From positions 128,001 to 192,000 of the forward strand of contig OZ243961.1 of NCBI GenBank assembly GCA_965214605.1: a DNA stretch of 64,000 nt, read 5' to 3'. This DNA comes from an uncultured Candidatus Binatia bacterium. GTDB taxonomy: Bacteria; Desulfobacterota; Binatia; Bin18. Both the position numbers and the translations under genes were made by a program. Below the pieces are notes generated by a model, which had not been told where the DNA came from, ran no database searches, and worked only from the letters and a program-made list of their open reading frames with translations. Shown piece after piece: positions 53,824 to 64,000 of this stretch. How positions within the stretch are numbered: position 1 is the stretch's first letter; each line of letters begins with the position of its first letter.

Positions 53824-54243
53824 GTGTCGGATGAATCGCTCGTTCCCCAGGCGCATAGCCACACCGTCCGCGTCCGCTATGCGGAGACAGACCAAGCCGG
53901 TATGGCCCATCACTCGGCGTTTTTACCGTGGTTTGAAGAGGGGAGGGTGGAGCTGCTGCGCGGTCTGGGAAGGCCGTATCAGCAGTTTGAGGCTGAAGGG
54001 ATTCATTTCCCGGTTCGTGAAGCGTACTGTCGCTATTGGCTACCAGCTCGTTTTGACCAGCTGCTCGCGGTTGGGACCTGGGTCGAGTGGGTGAAGGGGG
54101 CGAGCATCCGTTTTGGCTACCGCATTGTACGGGAGGCCGACCAGGCCCTGATTGCCGAGGGGTATACCGTGCACGCGTGTGTTAATGATGCGGGAAGGGT
54201 TACCCGTTTGCCGCAGGCGGTGCGGCGCCTGTTGGGTTCCTAG
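53824..54243 (+). CDS. Acyl-CoA thioesterase (YbgC/FadM hotdog fold); start uncertain
   Basis: VRVRYAETDQAGMAHH...WFEEGR. Confidence 0.9.
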   Translation: MSDESLVPQAHSHTVRVRYAETDQAGMAHHSAFLPWFEEGRVELLRGLGRPYQQFEAEGIHFPVREAYCRYWLPARFDQLLAVGTWVEWVKGASIRFGYRIVREADQALIAEGYTVHACVNDAGRVTRLPQAVRRLLGS

Positions 54244-54782
54244 CGAGTGCCGGACGATTTGCGGAGCTGTTCGAGGTAGCGCTGGCGCAGCCGTTTCAAA
54301 AATACCTGCGTCTGCGGCCAGCAGTAGTCCGGATAGGTATAGTCGAAGGGGTGAAACGCGCCGTGGTGATAACGCAGTGTAACCTCGGCGTAGATCCCCT
54401 GGGATAGGTAGATCCGATGAGCTTGGTCTTTTGTTGAGGCGAGGATAAGTTTATTGGCGTCAAGATAGCCTGGGTCAATATTCAGACGACGAGCGCCATC
54501 GACTGTCGGAGGAGAGGCGAACGACCATTCAAGGCGGTTCGTGTCTAGCTTAAGATGGGCTAGCGCTGCGGGTGAGATGAGCCGCTCAAAGCTCATAAAT
54601 TGGCGCAGCAGATGCGCTCCCATCTCCTTCTCATAGTACCGAGTCATTTTCCACTGAAGGATCTCACTTCTCAAGTCGACTGGGCCGTGGTCGCGCGCAA
54701 GTGCTCGTTCGACCGCGCTAAACAGAGCCGGGTCGGCTGACAGCAACCCGATCAGGAGCTTGCTAGGTTTGGGCGCAGACAT
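54240..54782 (-). CDS. DUF4416-family protein
   Basis: YYEKEMG, RRLNIDPGYL, LASTKD..HRIYL..GIYAEVTL, TYPDY. Confidence 0.88.
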   Translation of the reverse strand: MSAPKPSKLLIGLLSADPALFSAVERALARDHGPVDLRSEILQWKMTRYYEKEMGAHLLRQFMSFERLISPAALAHLKLDTNRLEWSFASPPTVDGARRLNIDPGYLDANKLILASTKDQAHRIYLSQGIYAEVTLRYHHGAFHPFDYTYPDYCWPQTQVFLKRLRQRYLEQLRKSSGTR

Positions 54783-54801
54783 GAGAAGAAAATGCTGAAC
54801 G

Positions 54802-55989
54802 CTATTTCAGCGCGAGCAGTCTGTCGTAAATAGCGTGTGCAACCGCGTCCTTGCTCATTTGCGAGAGGGGCTCGACCCGACCGGTGCGGTCAATCAGCGT
54901 CACAATATTGGTATCGTAGGCAAAGCCTGCGCCTTCTTGGGTTACGTCATTGGCTACGATCATGTCCAAATTTTTGCTTTTGAGTTTCCGTTCGGCGTTG
55001 CGCAGCACATCTTCCGTTTCAGTAGCAAAGCCGACCAGCCGCCGCTGGCCCTTTTGTTGGCCGAGGCCAGCTAGGATATCCGGGTTGCGGGCTAGTTCGA
55101 TGACAAACTCTCCGGCGGCTTTTTTGATTTTTTGCGTTGCGACGGTAGCCGGACGATAGTCGGCAATAGCGGCAGCGGAGACAACTATGGTTGCTCGCGG
55201 GTAGGCTGCTAAGACCGCGTGCTGCATCTCGCAGGCAGTCCGCACCGGATAAAAATCAACCCCGCGTGGAGGACGCAGAGAGGTCGGACCGCTCACCAGG
55301 CTAACCTGCGCGCCCCGCCGCTGGGCTGCGCGCGCCATGGCATAGCCCATTTTTCCGGTTGAACGGTTGGTAATATATCGGACAGGATCAATCGGCTCAC
55401 AGTTGGGACCGGCGGTGACAATAACGCGCTCGTGGCTGAGATCTTTTTTGCTCAGGACAGATCGGACTTCCTCTACAATATCGGCCGGTTCGGCCAAACG
55501 GCCCTGGCCCTCATAGCCGCAGGCCAGCTCTCCAGCGCTGGGCTCAACAAGGTGATAGCCGATGGTGGCCAGTTTTTGCAGATTCTCCTGAACCAGCGGG
55601 TGGGCGTACATATGGACGTTCATGGCTGGAGCGACCAGGACCGGAGCGGTAGTGGCCAGCAGGACAGTAGTCAGCAGGTCGTCGGCTAAGCCGTTAGCGA
55701 GTTTGGCGAGTATGTTGGCCGTGGCTGGGGCAATCAGCACGAGATCGGCCATATCGGCTAGACGGATATGGCCGATCTCGGACTCTTGGGTCAGGTCAAA
55801 GGTATCGGTTGAGACCGGGTTGTTCGATAGGGTCTGGAGGGTCAGCGGCGTCATAAACTCTTGGGCGTTTTTGGTCATAATGACCCGAACGTTGACCTCG
55901 GCTTTGACCAGCTGGCGAACGAGTTCTGCCGCCTTGTAGGCGGCAATACCGCCGCTGACACCTAAGACAATCTGCTTTCCTTCCAGCAT
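54802..55989 (-). CDS. coaBC: Bifunctional phosphopantothenoylcysteine decarboxylase/synthase
   Basis: GGIAAYK, APATAN, PAMN, TAGP..EPIDPVRYITNRSTGKMG, GFATET, VAND. Confidence 0.97.
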   Translation of the reverse strand: MLEGKQIVLGVSGGIAAYKAAELVRQLVKAEVNVRVIMTKNAQEFMTPLTLQTLSNNPVSTDTFDLTQESEIGHIRLADMADLVLIAPATANILAKLANGLADDLLTTVLLATTAPVLVAPAMNVHMYAHPLVQENLQKLATIGYHLVEPSAGELACGYEGQGRLAEPADIVEEVRSVLSKKDLSHERVIVTAGPNCEPIDPVRYITNRSTGKMGYAMARAAQRRGAQVSLVSGPTSLRPPRGVDFYPVRTACEMQHAVLAAYPRATIVVSAAAIADYRPATVATQKIKKAAGEFVIELARNPDILAGLGQQKGQRRLVGFATETEDVLRNAERKLKSKNLDMIVANDVTQEGAGFAYDTNIVTLIDRTGRVEPLSQMSKDAVAHAIYDRLLALK

Positions 55990-56493
55990 ACGTCACCGCC
56001 TTTGCTGCTATGAGCCCTGTCCGCTCAGATAACCCGTTTGCTCCCTTCTGCCGGGCTAAGACAGAAACTTTGGGGTAAAGTCAGCCCAGTTGGGCCGTTT
56101 GATGGTATGCGTTTCCTTCCACTCAAGTACCATCTGCAAGGTACCTAGCACCAGCTTCCCTTGAAGCAGCCTCCCTCGACTTCCACTGGAATTTCTTGGT
56201 CCTGATGGTGAGCGAGGACGTGAGTGGACTGAGGATATAAGAATCTTTCCCCTCCCTCCATACCGGTGATTTGATAGAAAGGAATCGAATTACCTCTAAG
56301 GTCATCTCTCTGTGCCCGGCGTCGCTTGTGGTAAGCGTGCAAACGCGCCTCACGCGTTGTTTATCCCAGCAGTTTGCTCGGGGGTGAGGGGTCTTTTCAA
56401 AAGAGCTTCAGTGGCGCTTTTCGCCCTCGTAATCGCCCAAGAGTCATCATCCACACATCGAAATTCTTCGCCGCGTCAAGATCGGTCATTTCA

Positions 56494-57314
56494 TCACTGC
56501 TCGGGATTTGTCGGGACAATGCCTCTTTCTTCGAGCAGTGGCCACAGCTTCCCTAAGGCAGCTTCTTTGTTGGCGTAGAAAGCTGATTGATGCGCGAACC
56601 CGAAAGAATTCCCAACCGTACCGTTCCAATTGCCGCTGATGATGCAGGTCCTCCTCGTATCGCTCCGCGCCCTGCCATGTATCTCCGTCACACTCGACCG
56701 CCAAGCGGGCCCCACCTGCAACCACAAGGTCAATCCGCCTGTTCGCGACTTTATGCTGAGGAAGAACGGTGAAGCCCTTCCTCGTCAGCTCTAGCGCAGT
56801 GTCAACCTCGAACCAGCTATCAAAGGGTGGGGGAGGCTTGAGAAGCGTCCGATTATCCTCCAAGTGGCGTTGGATACGCTGGGCGGCCGTCGGCGTCTGC
56901 CAATGCCTTCCGAACTTCAGGGTGATCGTCGAGGCATTCTCGGCGAGAGTCGGGCTGGTAGGACTCCTCTTGCCGGACAGGATTTTTGACCTGCTTCGTA
57001 ATTTCAGGCAGGAGATCGGGCCTGTCGTTTTTGTTTCGGAGGGAAGCTTTTTCAATCCAATCTTCGCATTCGGGAGGAACTTTGGGCAAGGCTGGTTCCT
57101 GCCGATTTTGGACTTCAATCCACACGTCCGGGTCAAAATTCTCCTCGCGACCCCACGCCCGCGTAAAACACTTTTTTTGCTTTGGAATATCATGTAACCA
57201 AAGGATGTCCTGATACTGGCTGATGTTCTTAATGACCTTGGTGCGCAGCAATGCTAGTCGGGTCAACTACTCGACAAGACGAATGACTTTTGATCGTTCC
57301 GCGGATTGTCTCAT
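56494..57314 (-). pseudogene. Remnant of a large helicase-nuclease gene: N-terminus joined to a C-terminal DUF559/Vsr-like REase domain
   Basis: FDSWFEVD...RIDLVV...LAVECDGDTW...QRQLERYGWEFFRVR; early in-frame stop and frameshifts; no helicase motifs between the two parts. Confidence 0.75.
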
Positions 57315-58266
57315 AGCGTTAACGTTTGCTGTTCCGTTCCTGAATAGTCGGGTTCACCACTATGCCAGCTAGTCTCCTCAGGGTATACCAATGACGCTTC
57401 GGTAGTAAGGGAAAGACAGGACAAGGCCGATGGCCAGGCTTGCGGAATGTGTCGGGTTACCCCATGCATCTGATGAAGTGATTAGGCACTCTGGCCGCCA
57501 CAGAGGATGGCGTCCTCTGAGCCCAGGACAAGGCTTCTTGATGCCTACGATTTGGTTGACCGCATGTGCCAGATGTTGACAGTGCTGCTTCTAACCGAAG
57601 ATCCGAGACGACGTTATTGCTAACGCGCTGTATGGCCGGCGTGTCCACGAGCTACCGGGCGAGGGGCACAGGGCGATAAGGAGTATGGCGGTATCTGCAT
57701 ACCTCGTGGAGCATGTCTGATGAAGAGGACGGCTGTATCGCCCGTCTGAACTTGGAGGATTATCCTTGACGGCGACCACGGGCATCACCGTTTCTCCTTG
57801 CATTCGGGCGATTTCATCCGTACGGAAGTTTCGGGTAGCCGAGATCCGGGTGTTCGCCGGGTATTGCTCTCGGCCTTGCCGAACGACAATGCCGCACTGT
57901 CGCTCGCAATGGCGTTCGGCATTGAGCGGGCTTTTGACCTAAGGATGGCCCCGCCGTGGCTGCAGGCCTAGTCCGCTGCCGTGCAGAGGTGCCCCTGAGC
58001 AGAGAAACTCAAGGGCCAGCGCTACGAATCCGCCGGACCGATAATTTCTGGCTTGATCTTGTTGCGGCTCGCCCCTATTTGGAGCTTCGCCAGTATGCCA
58101 GCCAGCCTACTCCCAGCAGGACTAATCCGACCAGCATCACACCGACTCCGCTCGACTGGTAAGAGGTGTCGAGTACAATACCCGCGCCTAGCATTATCAC
58201 TAGGCTGCCGAGGAAACGCTCAGCCTGGCCCGGCAGAGGGGGCGTTTTCATCGCTGGTCCTCATCT

Positions 58267-58986
58267 TTATAGAGCTGATGAGATATTCCGCGCCCGAGAC
58301 AGGGCGGTCAGATTGGTTGAAACGGCCATGAAGACGAGACTGGCGCTCAGGATGAGGTGGGAAGATGAACATAACAGATGGTTCATCGCCACACTCAGAA
58401 AAGAGGACAGGCTCAGGAGAACATAGCGCTCGCCGCGTTGCATCAGCCCCCCACGGCACTCTACTCCCAAGCCCTCCGCCCGAGCCCGAGTGTAGCTGAC
58501 CATGAGGGAGCCGAAAAGCCCGAATACCACGATAAACACGAGCCACGAGCCACCGAAAAAAACGCCTAATCCTAGAAAGGTCACAAACTCAGCATAGCGA
58601 TCAATGACCGAATCAAGAAACGCCCCGCGGCGCGAGACCTGGTTGGTCCGGCGAGCGAGGCCGCCGTCGAGCAGATCAAGAATACCGCTGGCCAGGACAC
58701 ACCACCCCCCCACAAAGACCGCGCCCCGCGCGTAGGCCAGCCCGGCCAGTGCGCTGCAACCGATCTGGCTATACGTGAGGGTCAGCGGAGACAGCTCCAG
58801 ACGCTCGAGGCTGGGTTCAAGCGAAGCCATCTCTGCCCGCATCCAGCCAATAATGCTCTCTCGTCGTGACTGGGAGGACGGACCGACCCGCCGCAAAAAG
58901 CCTCGCATGCTGAGGGCTACGGCGCCGATCACATAGATGATAAGAGCCGACCCGAGCCACGGGTGACAGCTGGAGAGAGGGGCCAT
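58267..58986 (-). CDS. CDP-alcohol phosphatidyltransferase
   Basis: Signature DLLDGGLARRTNQVSRRGAFLDSVIDRY; SYTRARAE; QRGER. Confidence 0.92.
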   Translation of the reverse strand: MAPLSSCHPWLGSALIIYVIGAVALSMRGFLRRVGPSSQSRRESIIGWMRAEMASLEPSLERLELSPLTLTYSQIGCSALAGLAYARGAVFVGGWCVLASGILDLLDGGLARRTNQVSRRGAFLDSVIDRYAEFVTFLGLGVFFGGSWLVFIVVFGLFGSLMVSYTRARAEGLGVECRGGLMQRGERYVLLSLSSFLSVAMNHLLCSSSHLILSASLVFMAVSTNLTALSRARNISSAL

Positions 58987-59206
58987 AGGTATTAAAGATA
59001 GGCGAGGTCTGGTATGTCCCGCCCGTGGGGATTCCTTCTGCAGCCAAGACTCTAAGCACAGGCCTAGGGTCAAGTAAAGGACAGAGGCCGACCGCCCTTG
59101 CTTGTGGCCGGGTTCGCTCTCCTTGACCTTTTCCCCCCCTTTGGCATTATGGGAGCTGATCTGCGGAGTTTTTTCTTCAGGAACGCTGCCTGTTTTGAGT
59201 ACGCAT

Positions 59207-60205
59207 GTGTCTATAAAAACATCCCCTTCTCCCGACTCCCAGTTCGATCCCCGACTTGCTCCGCACATCTTGGTTGGGGAAGAATTAGCCCAGGTTGAAC
59301 AGCGTCTGGCCACACTCCTAGATTCTCGGGAACCCCTGCTGAGCGAGATTGGGCATTATTTGATTGACGCGGGTGGTAAGCGAGCGCGACCGGGGGTGAC
59401 CCTGCTGGTTTTTCGCGCCTGTGGAGGCACTGATCCACACGATATCGTTGATATCGCGACTGCCCTGGAACTCATTCATTCCGCCTCGCTGTTGCACGAT
59501 GACATTATCGACGGGGGAGGAATCCGTCGGGGAAAGCTCTCTGCGCTGGAGCGCTTTGGTCTGTCGGATACCCTGGTGGCCGGAGATTTTTTGTTTGGAC
59601 GGGCGTTTGCTCTGTGTGGACGCTTTGAGGAGCGGATCATTTCCTGGGCGACCGAGGCGTGTATCAACCTGACCGAGGGGGAGGTCATGCAGGGCCGGTT
59701 TCGCCGGAATCCGGCGGTGACGGCTGAGGATTACCTGGAGATTATCTCGCGGAAGACGGCCTCCCTGTTTTCACAGGCTGCCCGGCTAGGCGCCTATCTG
59801 GCCGGTGCCTCGACCGATATTGTCGAGAGGCTGGCCTCGTGTGGCTATTGTGTCGGCATGGCGTTCCAAATTGTGGACGATCTGCTCGACGTTGAGGGAG
59901 ATGATAAGCTGACCGGTAAGCCGGTTGGGATCGATCTCAAAGAGGGCAACCCTTCTTTGCCCGTGGTGCTGGCCATCGACTCGAACGCCGAGGTCAAGCA
60001 GGTCTTCCAAAATGTTCAGGCGACGAATCAAGAGATCACCTCGGCCCTTGAACAGATCCGGCTGTCCGGGGTATTGACCGAAGTCAAGCTCCAGGCACGG
60101 ACCTACGGCCAGCAAGCCCTGGCGTCTCTAGCCGACCTGCAGGCCTCAGCCTATGTGGACAGTTTACGGTGTTTTATTCGTCAGCTGGTCGAGCGGTCCA
60201 CCTAG
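59207..60205 (+). CDS. Polyprenyl diphosphate synthase; start uncertain
   Basis: GGKRARP, LLHDDIID...RRG, KTASLF, FQIVDDLLD, GKPVGIDL. Confidence 0.94.
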   Translation: MSIKTSPSPDSQFDPRLAPHILVGEELAQVEQRLATLLDSREPLLSEIGHYLIDAGGKRARPGVTLLVFRACGGTDPHDIVDIATALELIHSASLLHDDIIDGGGIRRGKLSALERFGLSDTLVAGDFLFGRAFALCGRFEERIISWATEACINLTEGEVMQGRFRRNPAVTAEDYLEIISRKTASLFSQAARLGAYLAGASTDIVERLASCGYCVGMAFQIVDDLLDVEGDDKLTGKPVGIDLKEGNPSLPVVLAIDSNAEVKQVFQNVQATNQEITSALEQIRLSGVLTEVKLQARTYGQQALASLADLQASAYVDSLRCFIRQLVERST

Positions 60206-60219
60206 GGACGAGCGAGACC

Positions 60220-61002
60220 ATGGCTGCCGACGCGTCCTACGCCCAGCTTCGTCAGATAACCGACTCCTTGCAGCGCTACGTCGAGGTTCTTAAAGAGGGT
60301 GGGGTCGACGGGCTGCCGCAAGCCCAACATGTCTCCAAGCCCGAAACGCACGGCCCACCATCCCCCTCCCAGCCCATCCAGGCGGAGGGCTCGGCCAAAG
60401 ACGGAGTTTCCGTGCAACACGCCCATACTGATATCGACAGGCAACAGCTTGACAGTCTCCCGGCCCTGCGTGAAGCGATTGGCGACTGCCAACGCTGCAA
60501 GCTGTGCGAGCACAGGACCCAGATTGTGTTCGGTGTTGGCGACCCGCACGCCGAACTCGTCTTTGTCGGTGAAGGACCGGGCTATGATGAGGACCTCAAG
60601 GGCGAGCCGTTTGTCGGGCGCGCCGGGCAGTTACTGACCGAGATTATTACCAAAGGGATGAAGATGCGCCGGGAGGAGGTCTATATTGCCAATGTGGTGA
60701 AATGTCGGCCGCCCAACAACCGTGACCCCGAGGCGGACGAAATTGCTGCCTGTGAACCGTTCCTGCGCAAGCAGATCGAACTTATTGAGCCGCGGATCAT
60801 TATCGCCTTAGGCGCATTTGCCGCCCGCACCTTGCTTCAGACAAAAACCCCGATTTCGCAACTGCGCGGAGTGTGGCACACTTATCAAGGAACCAAACTC
60901 ATGCCCACGCTGCATCCAGCCTACCTGCTGCGTACCCCAAGGGCTAAACGTTTGGTGTGGCAGGATATAAAGGCGGTGCTGCGGGAGATAGGGAGGCTCT
61001 GA
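60220..61002 (+). CDS. Uracil-DNA glycosylase family 4
   Basis: CQRCKLC, VGEGPG, PFVGRAG, NVVKCRPP, HPAYLLR. Confidence 0.95.
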   Translation: MAADASYAQLRQITDSLQRYVEVLKEGGVDGLPQAQHVSKPETHGPPSPSQPIQAEGSAKDGVSVQHAHTDIDRQQLDSLPALREAIGDCQRCKLCEHRTQIVFGVGDPHAELVFVGEGPGYDEDLKGEPFVGRAGQLLTEIITKGMKMRREEVYIANVVKCRPPNNRDPEADEIAACEPFLRKQIELIEPRIIIALGAFAARTLLQTKTPISQLRGVWHTYQGTKLMPTLHPAYLLRTPRAKRLVWQDIKAVLREIGRL

Positions 61003-61072
61003 AAAGTCAAAGGACAAAGGTCAGATGTTAAAACGACAAGAGATACAGGCTTTTGGAAAGGATCGCTGAGCA

Positions 61073-62488
61073 GTGCAAAAATACACTGTTGGATCGCTGT
61101 ATCTCGTCCTGTGTGCTGTGCTGCTGCTAAGCTTGAAGCACGGCGAGACGCTCATGGCACAAGAAGCCGCGTCGGAGGCCGGACAAGCCGCCGATCAAGA
61201 AGACAGGCGGCAGACTCGGAGCATGGCGCAGGCTGATATGCGTCGAACGCATATCAGCCTGATCGTGGTAGACGCCACCATTAACCCGGCGGTGGCGGAT
61301 TTTATCAGGGAGAGCATTGAGCAGGCCGCGCACCAGGGGGCGCTCGCCCTGATTGTCCAGCTTGATACACCCGGCGGTCTGTTGTCGTCGACCAAGACGA
61401 TTGTCAAGGATTTATTGGACGCCCCGTTGCCGGTGATTGTGTATGTGGCCCCCGGCGGCTCGGGCGCGATTTCGGCTGGGGTATTTATCACCATGGCCGG
61501 AACGATTGCGGCCATGGCTCCCGGCACGACGATTGGGGCGGCCCATCCGGTTGCCGGGGGGGGGCAGAACATTGAAGGCGATATGCGGGAGAAGGCCGAA
61601 AACTTCACCGCCTCGTTTAGCGAGTCGATCGCCCGGCGGCGGGGGCGGAATATCGAGTGGGCAGAGCAGGCGGTGCGTGAGAGTGTGGCGATTACCGAGA
61701 CCGAAGCACTGGAAAAACAGGTCATTGACCTAGTCGCCAACGATGTTCAGGATCTGTTGCGTCAGGCATCGGGCCGGACGGTTGAGGTCAGGAGTACCAA
61801 GCAAACGCTGAATTTTTCCGCCGCCCAGGGGGCTGGCCGTTCGTTCTATGTCGTCCGCCAAGAAATGCGGCTCAAACACAAGGTTCTAAATGTCTTAGCC
61901 CACCCCCAGGTCGCGTATCTGTTGATGATGGCCGGAATTCTGGGACTGTACCTAGAGTTTTCGAACCCCGGCCTTTTGTTTCCAGGCTTGGTCGGGGCGC
62001 TATGCTTAATTATGGCTCTAACCGCGTTTCAGGTCTTACCGATTAATTACACCGGTCTCGTGCTGATTTTCCTCGGCTTAGCGCTCTTGGTGACTGAGTT
62101 GTTCTTGCCCAGTTTTGGCATTCTGGGGGTGAGCGGGATTGTCGCTTTTGTGATGGGGTCGTTGTTTCTGTTTGATTCGCCTGACGCCGAGTTGGCGCTG
62201 GACCGGGGGGTGATTTTTGGCGCCGCTCTGAGTGTCGGATTGTTTATGTTGATTGCCGGGAGCCTGTCGATGAAGGCCTATCGCCGACGTCCAGTCACGG
62301 GCACGGAGGGGCTGATCGGCGAGGTTGGGGAGGTACGGGTACGTCTTGCGCCGCGTGGCAAGGTGTGGCTGCACGGCGAGTACTGGAATGCGGAGAGCGA
62401 AGAGGACGAGATTGAGACAGGTCAGCGAGTCCGGGTTGTTGATGTCGTCCATATGGTCCTGAAGGTGCACAGGGCAAACTGGGGATAA
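61073..62488 (+). CDS. nfeD: NfeD membrane-bound serine protease (long form)
   Basis: LDTPGG, AISAG, IGAAHPV, TM block, C-terminal GEYWNA OB-fold. Confidence 0.93.
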   Translation: MQKYTVGSLYLVLCAVLLLSLKHGETLMAQEAASEAGQAADQEDRRQTRSMAQADMRRTHISLIVVDATINPAVADFIRESIEQAAHQGALALIVQLDTPGGLLSSTKTIVKDLLDAPLPVIVYVAPGGSGAISAGVFITMAGTIAAMAPGTTIGAAHPVAGGGQNIEGDMREKAENFTASFSESIARRRGRNIEWAEQAVRESVAITETEALEKQVIDLVANDVQDLLRQASGRTVEVRSTKQTLNFSAAQGAGRSFYVVRQEMRLKHKVLNVLAHPQVAYLLMMAGILGLYLEFSNPGLLFPGLVGALCLIMALTAFQVLPINYTGLVLIFLGLALLVTELFLPSFGILGVSGIVAFVMGSLFLFDSPDAELALDRGVIFGAALSVGLFMLIAGSLSMKAYRRRPVTGTEGLIGEVGEVRVRLAPRGKVWLHGEYWNAESEEDEIETGQRVRVVDVVHMVLKVHRANWG

Positions 62489-62501
62489 AGGAGACGAGGC
62501 A

Positions 62502-63299
62502 ATGTTTGGTTTTGGATCAATGGCGACATTTCTCCTGATCGCGCTTGTCATTCTGATTAGCGGGATCAAGATTTTATCCGAGTATGAGCGGGCGGTGATA
62601 TTTCGCTTAGGCCGCTTAGTGCCGTACCGGGGACCGGGCATTATCTACGTGATCCCCTTTATCGAACGCATGGTTCGGGTTGATATGCGGACGCTGACCC
62701 TTGATGTCCCGGCCCAAGACGTCATTACCCGTGACAACGTTTCGGTGAAGGTCAACGCGGTGCTCTATTTTCGCGTGCTCGACCCCAGTAAAGCTCTGGT
62801 CGAGATTGAAAACTATTTGTTTGCCACCTCACAGTTGGCCCAGACCACGTTACGCAGCGTGTGCGGGCAGGCCGAGCTGGACGACCTGCTGTCCGAGCGG
62901 GATAAGATTAATACCGATCTCCAGGAAATTGTGGATACCCAAACCGATCCCTGGGGTATTAAGGTATCGCTGGTCGAGGTCAAACACATCGACCTCCCCC
63001 AGGAGATGCAGCGTGCCCTAGCTCGTCAGGCCGAGGCCGAGCGTGAACGCCGGGCTAAGGTGATTAACGCCGAGGGCGAGTTTCAGGCCGCCCAACGGCT
63101 GGCCGAGGCGTCTGCAATCATTGAGCAACATCCGGTTGCTCTCCAGCTGCGCTATCTCCAGACCTTGTCCGAGGTCGCAACCGAGAATAATTCAACGACC
63201 TTATTCCCGGTTCCAATCGACCTCCTCCAGCCCTTCCTCGGCAGGGCCGGCGGTGGTGGCCAGGAGCAGCCCGGCGACGGCCAAGGGCGAACCACCTAG
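62502..63299 (+). CDS. SPFH/stomatin-like (slipin) protein
   Basis: [46 protein letters not shown]. Confidence 0.96.
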   Translation: MFGFGSMATFLLIALVILISGIKILSEYERAVIFRLGRLVPYRGPGIIYVIPFIERMVRVDMRTLTLDVPAQDVITRDNVSVKVNAVLYFRVLDPSKALVEIENYLFATSQLAQTTLRSVCGQAELDDLLSERDKINTDLQEIVDTQTDPWGIKVSLVEVKHIDLPQEMQRALARQAEAERERRAKVINAEGEFQAAQRLAEASAIIEQHPVALQLRYLQTLSEVATENNSTTLFPVPIDLLQPFLGRAGGGGQEQPGDGQGRTT

Positions 63300-63323
63300 G
63301 GTGAAGCCTGCTGAGCCCGGGCC

Positions 63324-64000
63324 ATGTGGCTGTCCGATTTTGACTACCAGCTTCCGCCCGAGCTGATTGCCCAAGAGCCCGTGCGGGAGCGCAGCAGCGC
63401 GCGGCTGCTGCGTCTTGACCGGGGTCAAGGGACGTGTTCTCATCACCACTTTGCCGACCTGCCCTCTCTCCTGCCGCCCCACAGTCTGCTGGTACTGAAC
63501 GATACCCAGGTAGTACCGGCCCGCCTGCTGGGCCGGAAAGAGACCGGCGGACAACTCGAAGTCTTGCTTGTTCGTCGTGAACCGGGCCAGGCTGAGGTGT
63601 GGGACGTTCTGTGCAAGGGGGGACAACACCTTCGGGCTGGGGCCCAGGTTCTCTTTTCGGCCGAGTTGCAGGCCGAGTGGAAGACCCCGCCGCAGGCCGG
63701 GCGTGGCAGGCTGGAGTTTTTTCCTAGAGATGATTTTCACCGGCTGCTTGAGCGCTACGGGCAGCTGCCGTTGCCTCCATACATCAAACGCCCTGCGGGC
63801 AGCCGCGCTGCAGACCGTGAACAGTATCAGACGGTGTACGCGCGTACGCCCGGAGCGCTTGCCGCTCCAACCGCAGGACTGCATTTCACCAAGGCGTTGC
63901 TCGACCGCCTCGTCCAACAGAGCATCGAAACCGCCTTCCTAACGCTGCACGTCGGCGTTGGCACCTTTCAGCCGGTGCGGGTCGAGCAGGTGGAGAAGCA
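63324..64000 (+). CDS. queA: tRNA preQ1 S-adenosylmethionine ribosyltransferase-isomerase, partial (runs off window; absent from the ORF track)
   Basis: MWLSDFDYQLPPELIAQEP, LNDTQVVPARL, PLPPYI, YQTVYA, AAPTAGLHF, TLHVGVGTFQPV. Confidence 0.96.
   Translation, partial: MWLSDFDYQLPPELIAQEPVRERSSARLLRLDRGQGTCSHHHFADLPSLLPPHSLLVLNDTQVVPARLLGRKETGGQLEVLLVRREPGQAEVWDVLCKGGQHLRAGAQVLFSAELQAEWKTPPQAGRGRLEFFPRDDFHRLLERYGQLPLPPYIKRPAGSRAADREQYQTVYARTPGALAAPTAGLHFTKALLDRLVQQSIETAFLTLHVGVGTFQPVRVEQVEK

Noticed and set aside
58267-60205. Archaeal-type ether lipid pathway (polyprenyl synthase + CDP-alcohol transferase + UbiA domain)
   Set aside because: No GGGP synthase or CarS; these are ordinary bacterial families and the UbiA domain is 20 kb away.

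Overview
Bacterial genomic window of three kinds of DNA. (1) 1-14 kb is a GC-richer, largely decayed defence island. It holds a 5'-truncated RecQ+UvrD dual-helicase gene, a tyrosine-integrase remnant, two HigBA loci, mrr, remnants of Type IIL (MmeI-like), Type ISP and Type I R-M genes, and a HEPN/MNT pair. An intact ABC-ATPase + DUF4276 (TOPRIM-like) pair sits between hsdS and hsdR. (2) 14-34 kb is a dense catabolic/oxidative enzyme region: Rieske oxygenase plus small partner, flavin monooxygenases, LLM x2, amidohydrolases x2, phosphotriesterase, epoxide hydrolase, 2OG-Fe oxygenase, thiolase and others. It is followed by a small mobile-element scar at about 35-37 kb. (3) 37-64 kb is mostly core genes: ispH-UbiA fusion, tandem thyX, acyl-CoA carboxylase, CoA transferase, DAACS transporter, coaBC, polyprenyl synthase, UDG, nfeD-SPFH and queA, with more pseudogene scars and a CRISPR-like two-repeat relic at 48.4 kb. 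Gene content suggests a Deltaproteobacteria-like lineage such as Binatia, possibly host-associated; this is inference only. No rRNA, tRNA or cas genes were seen. The best candidates for undescribed systems are the intact ATPase-TOPRIM pair embedded in the dead Type I R-M locus and the SF2+SF1 dual helicase. All calls come from motif recognition by eye, without database searches.
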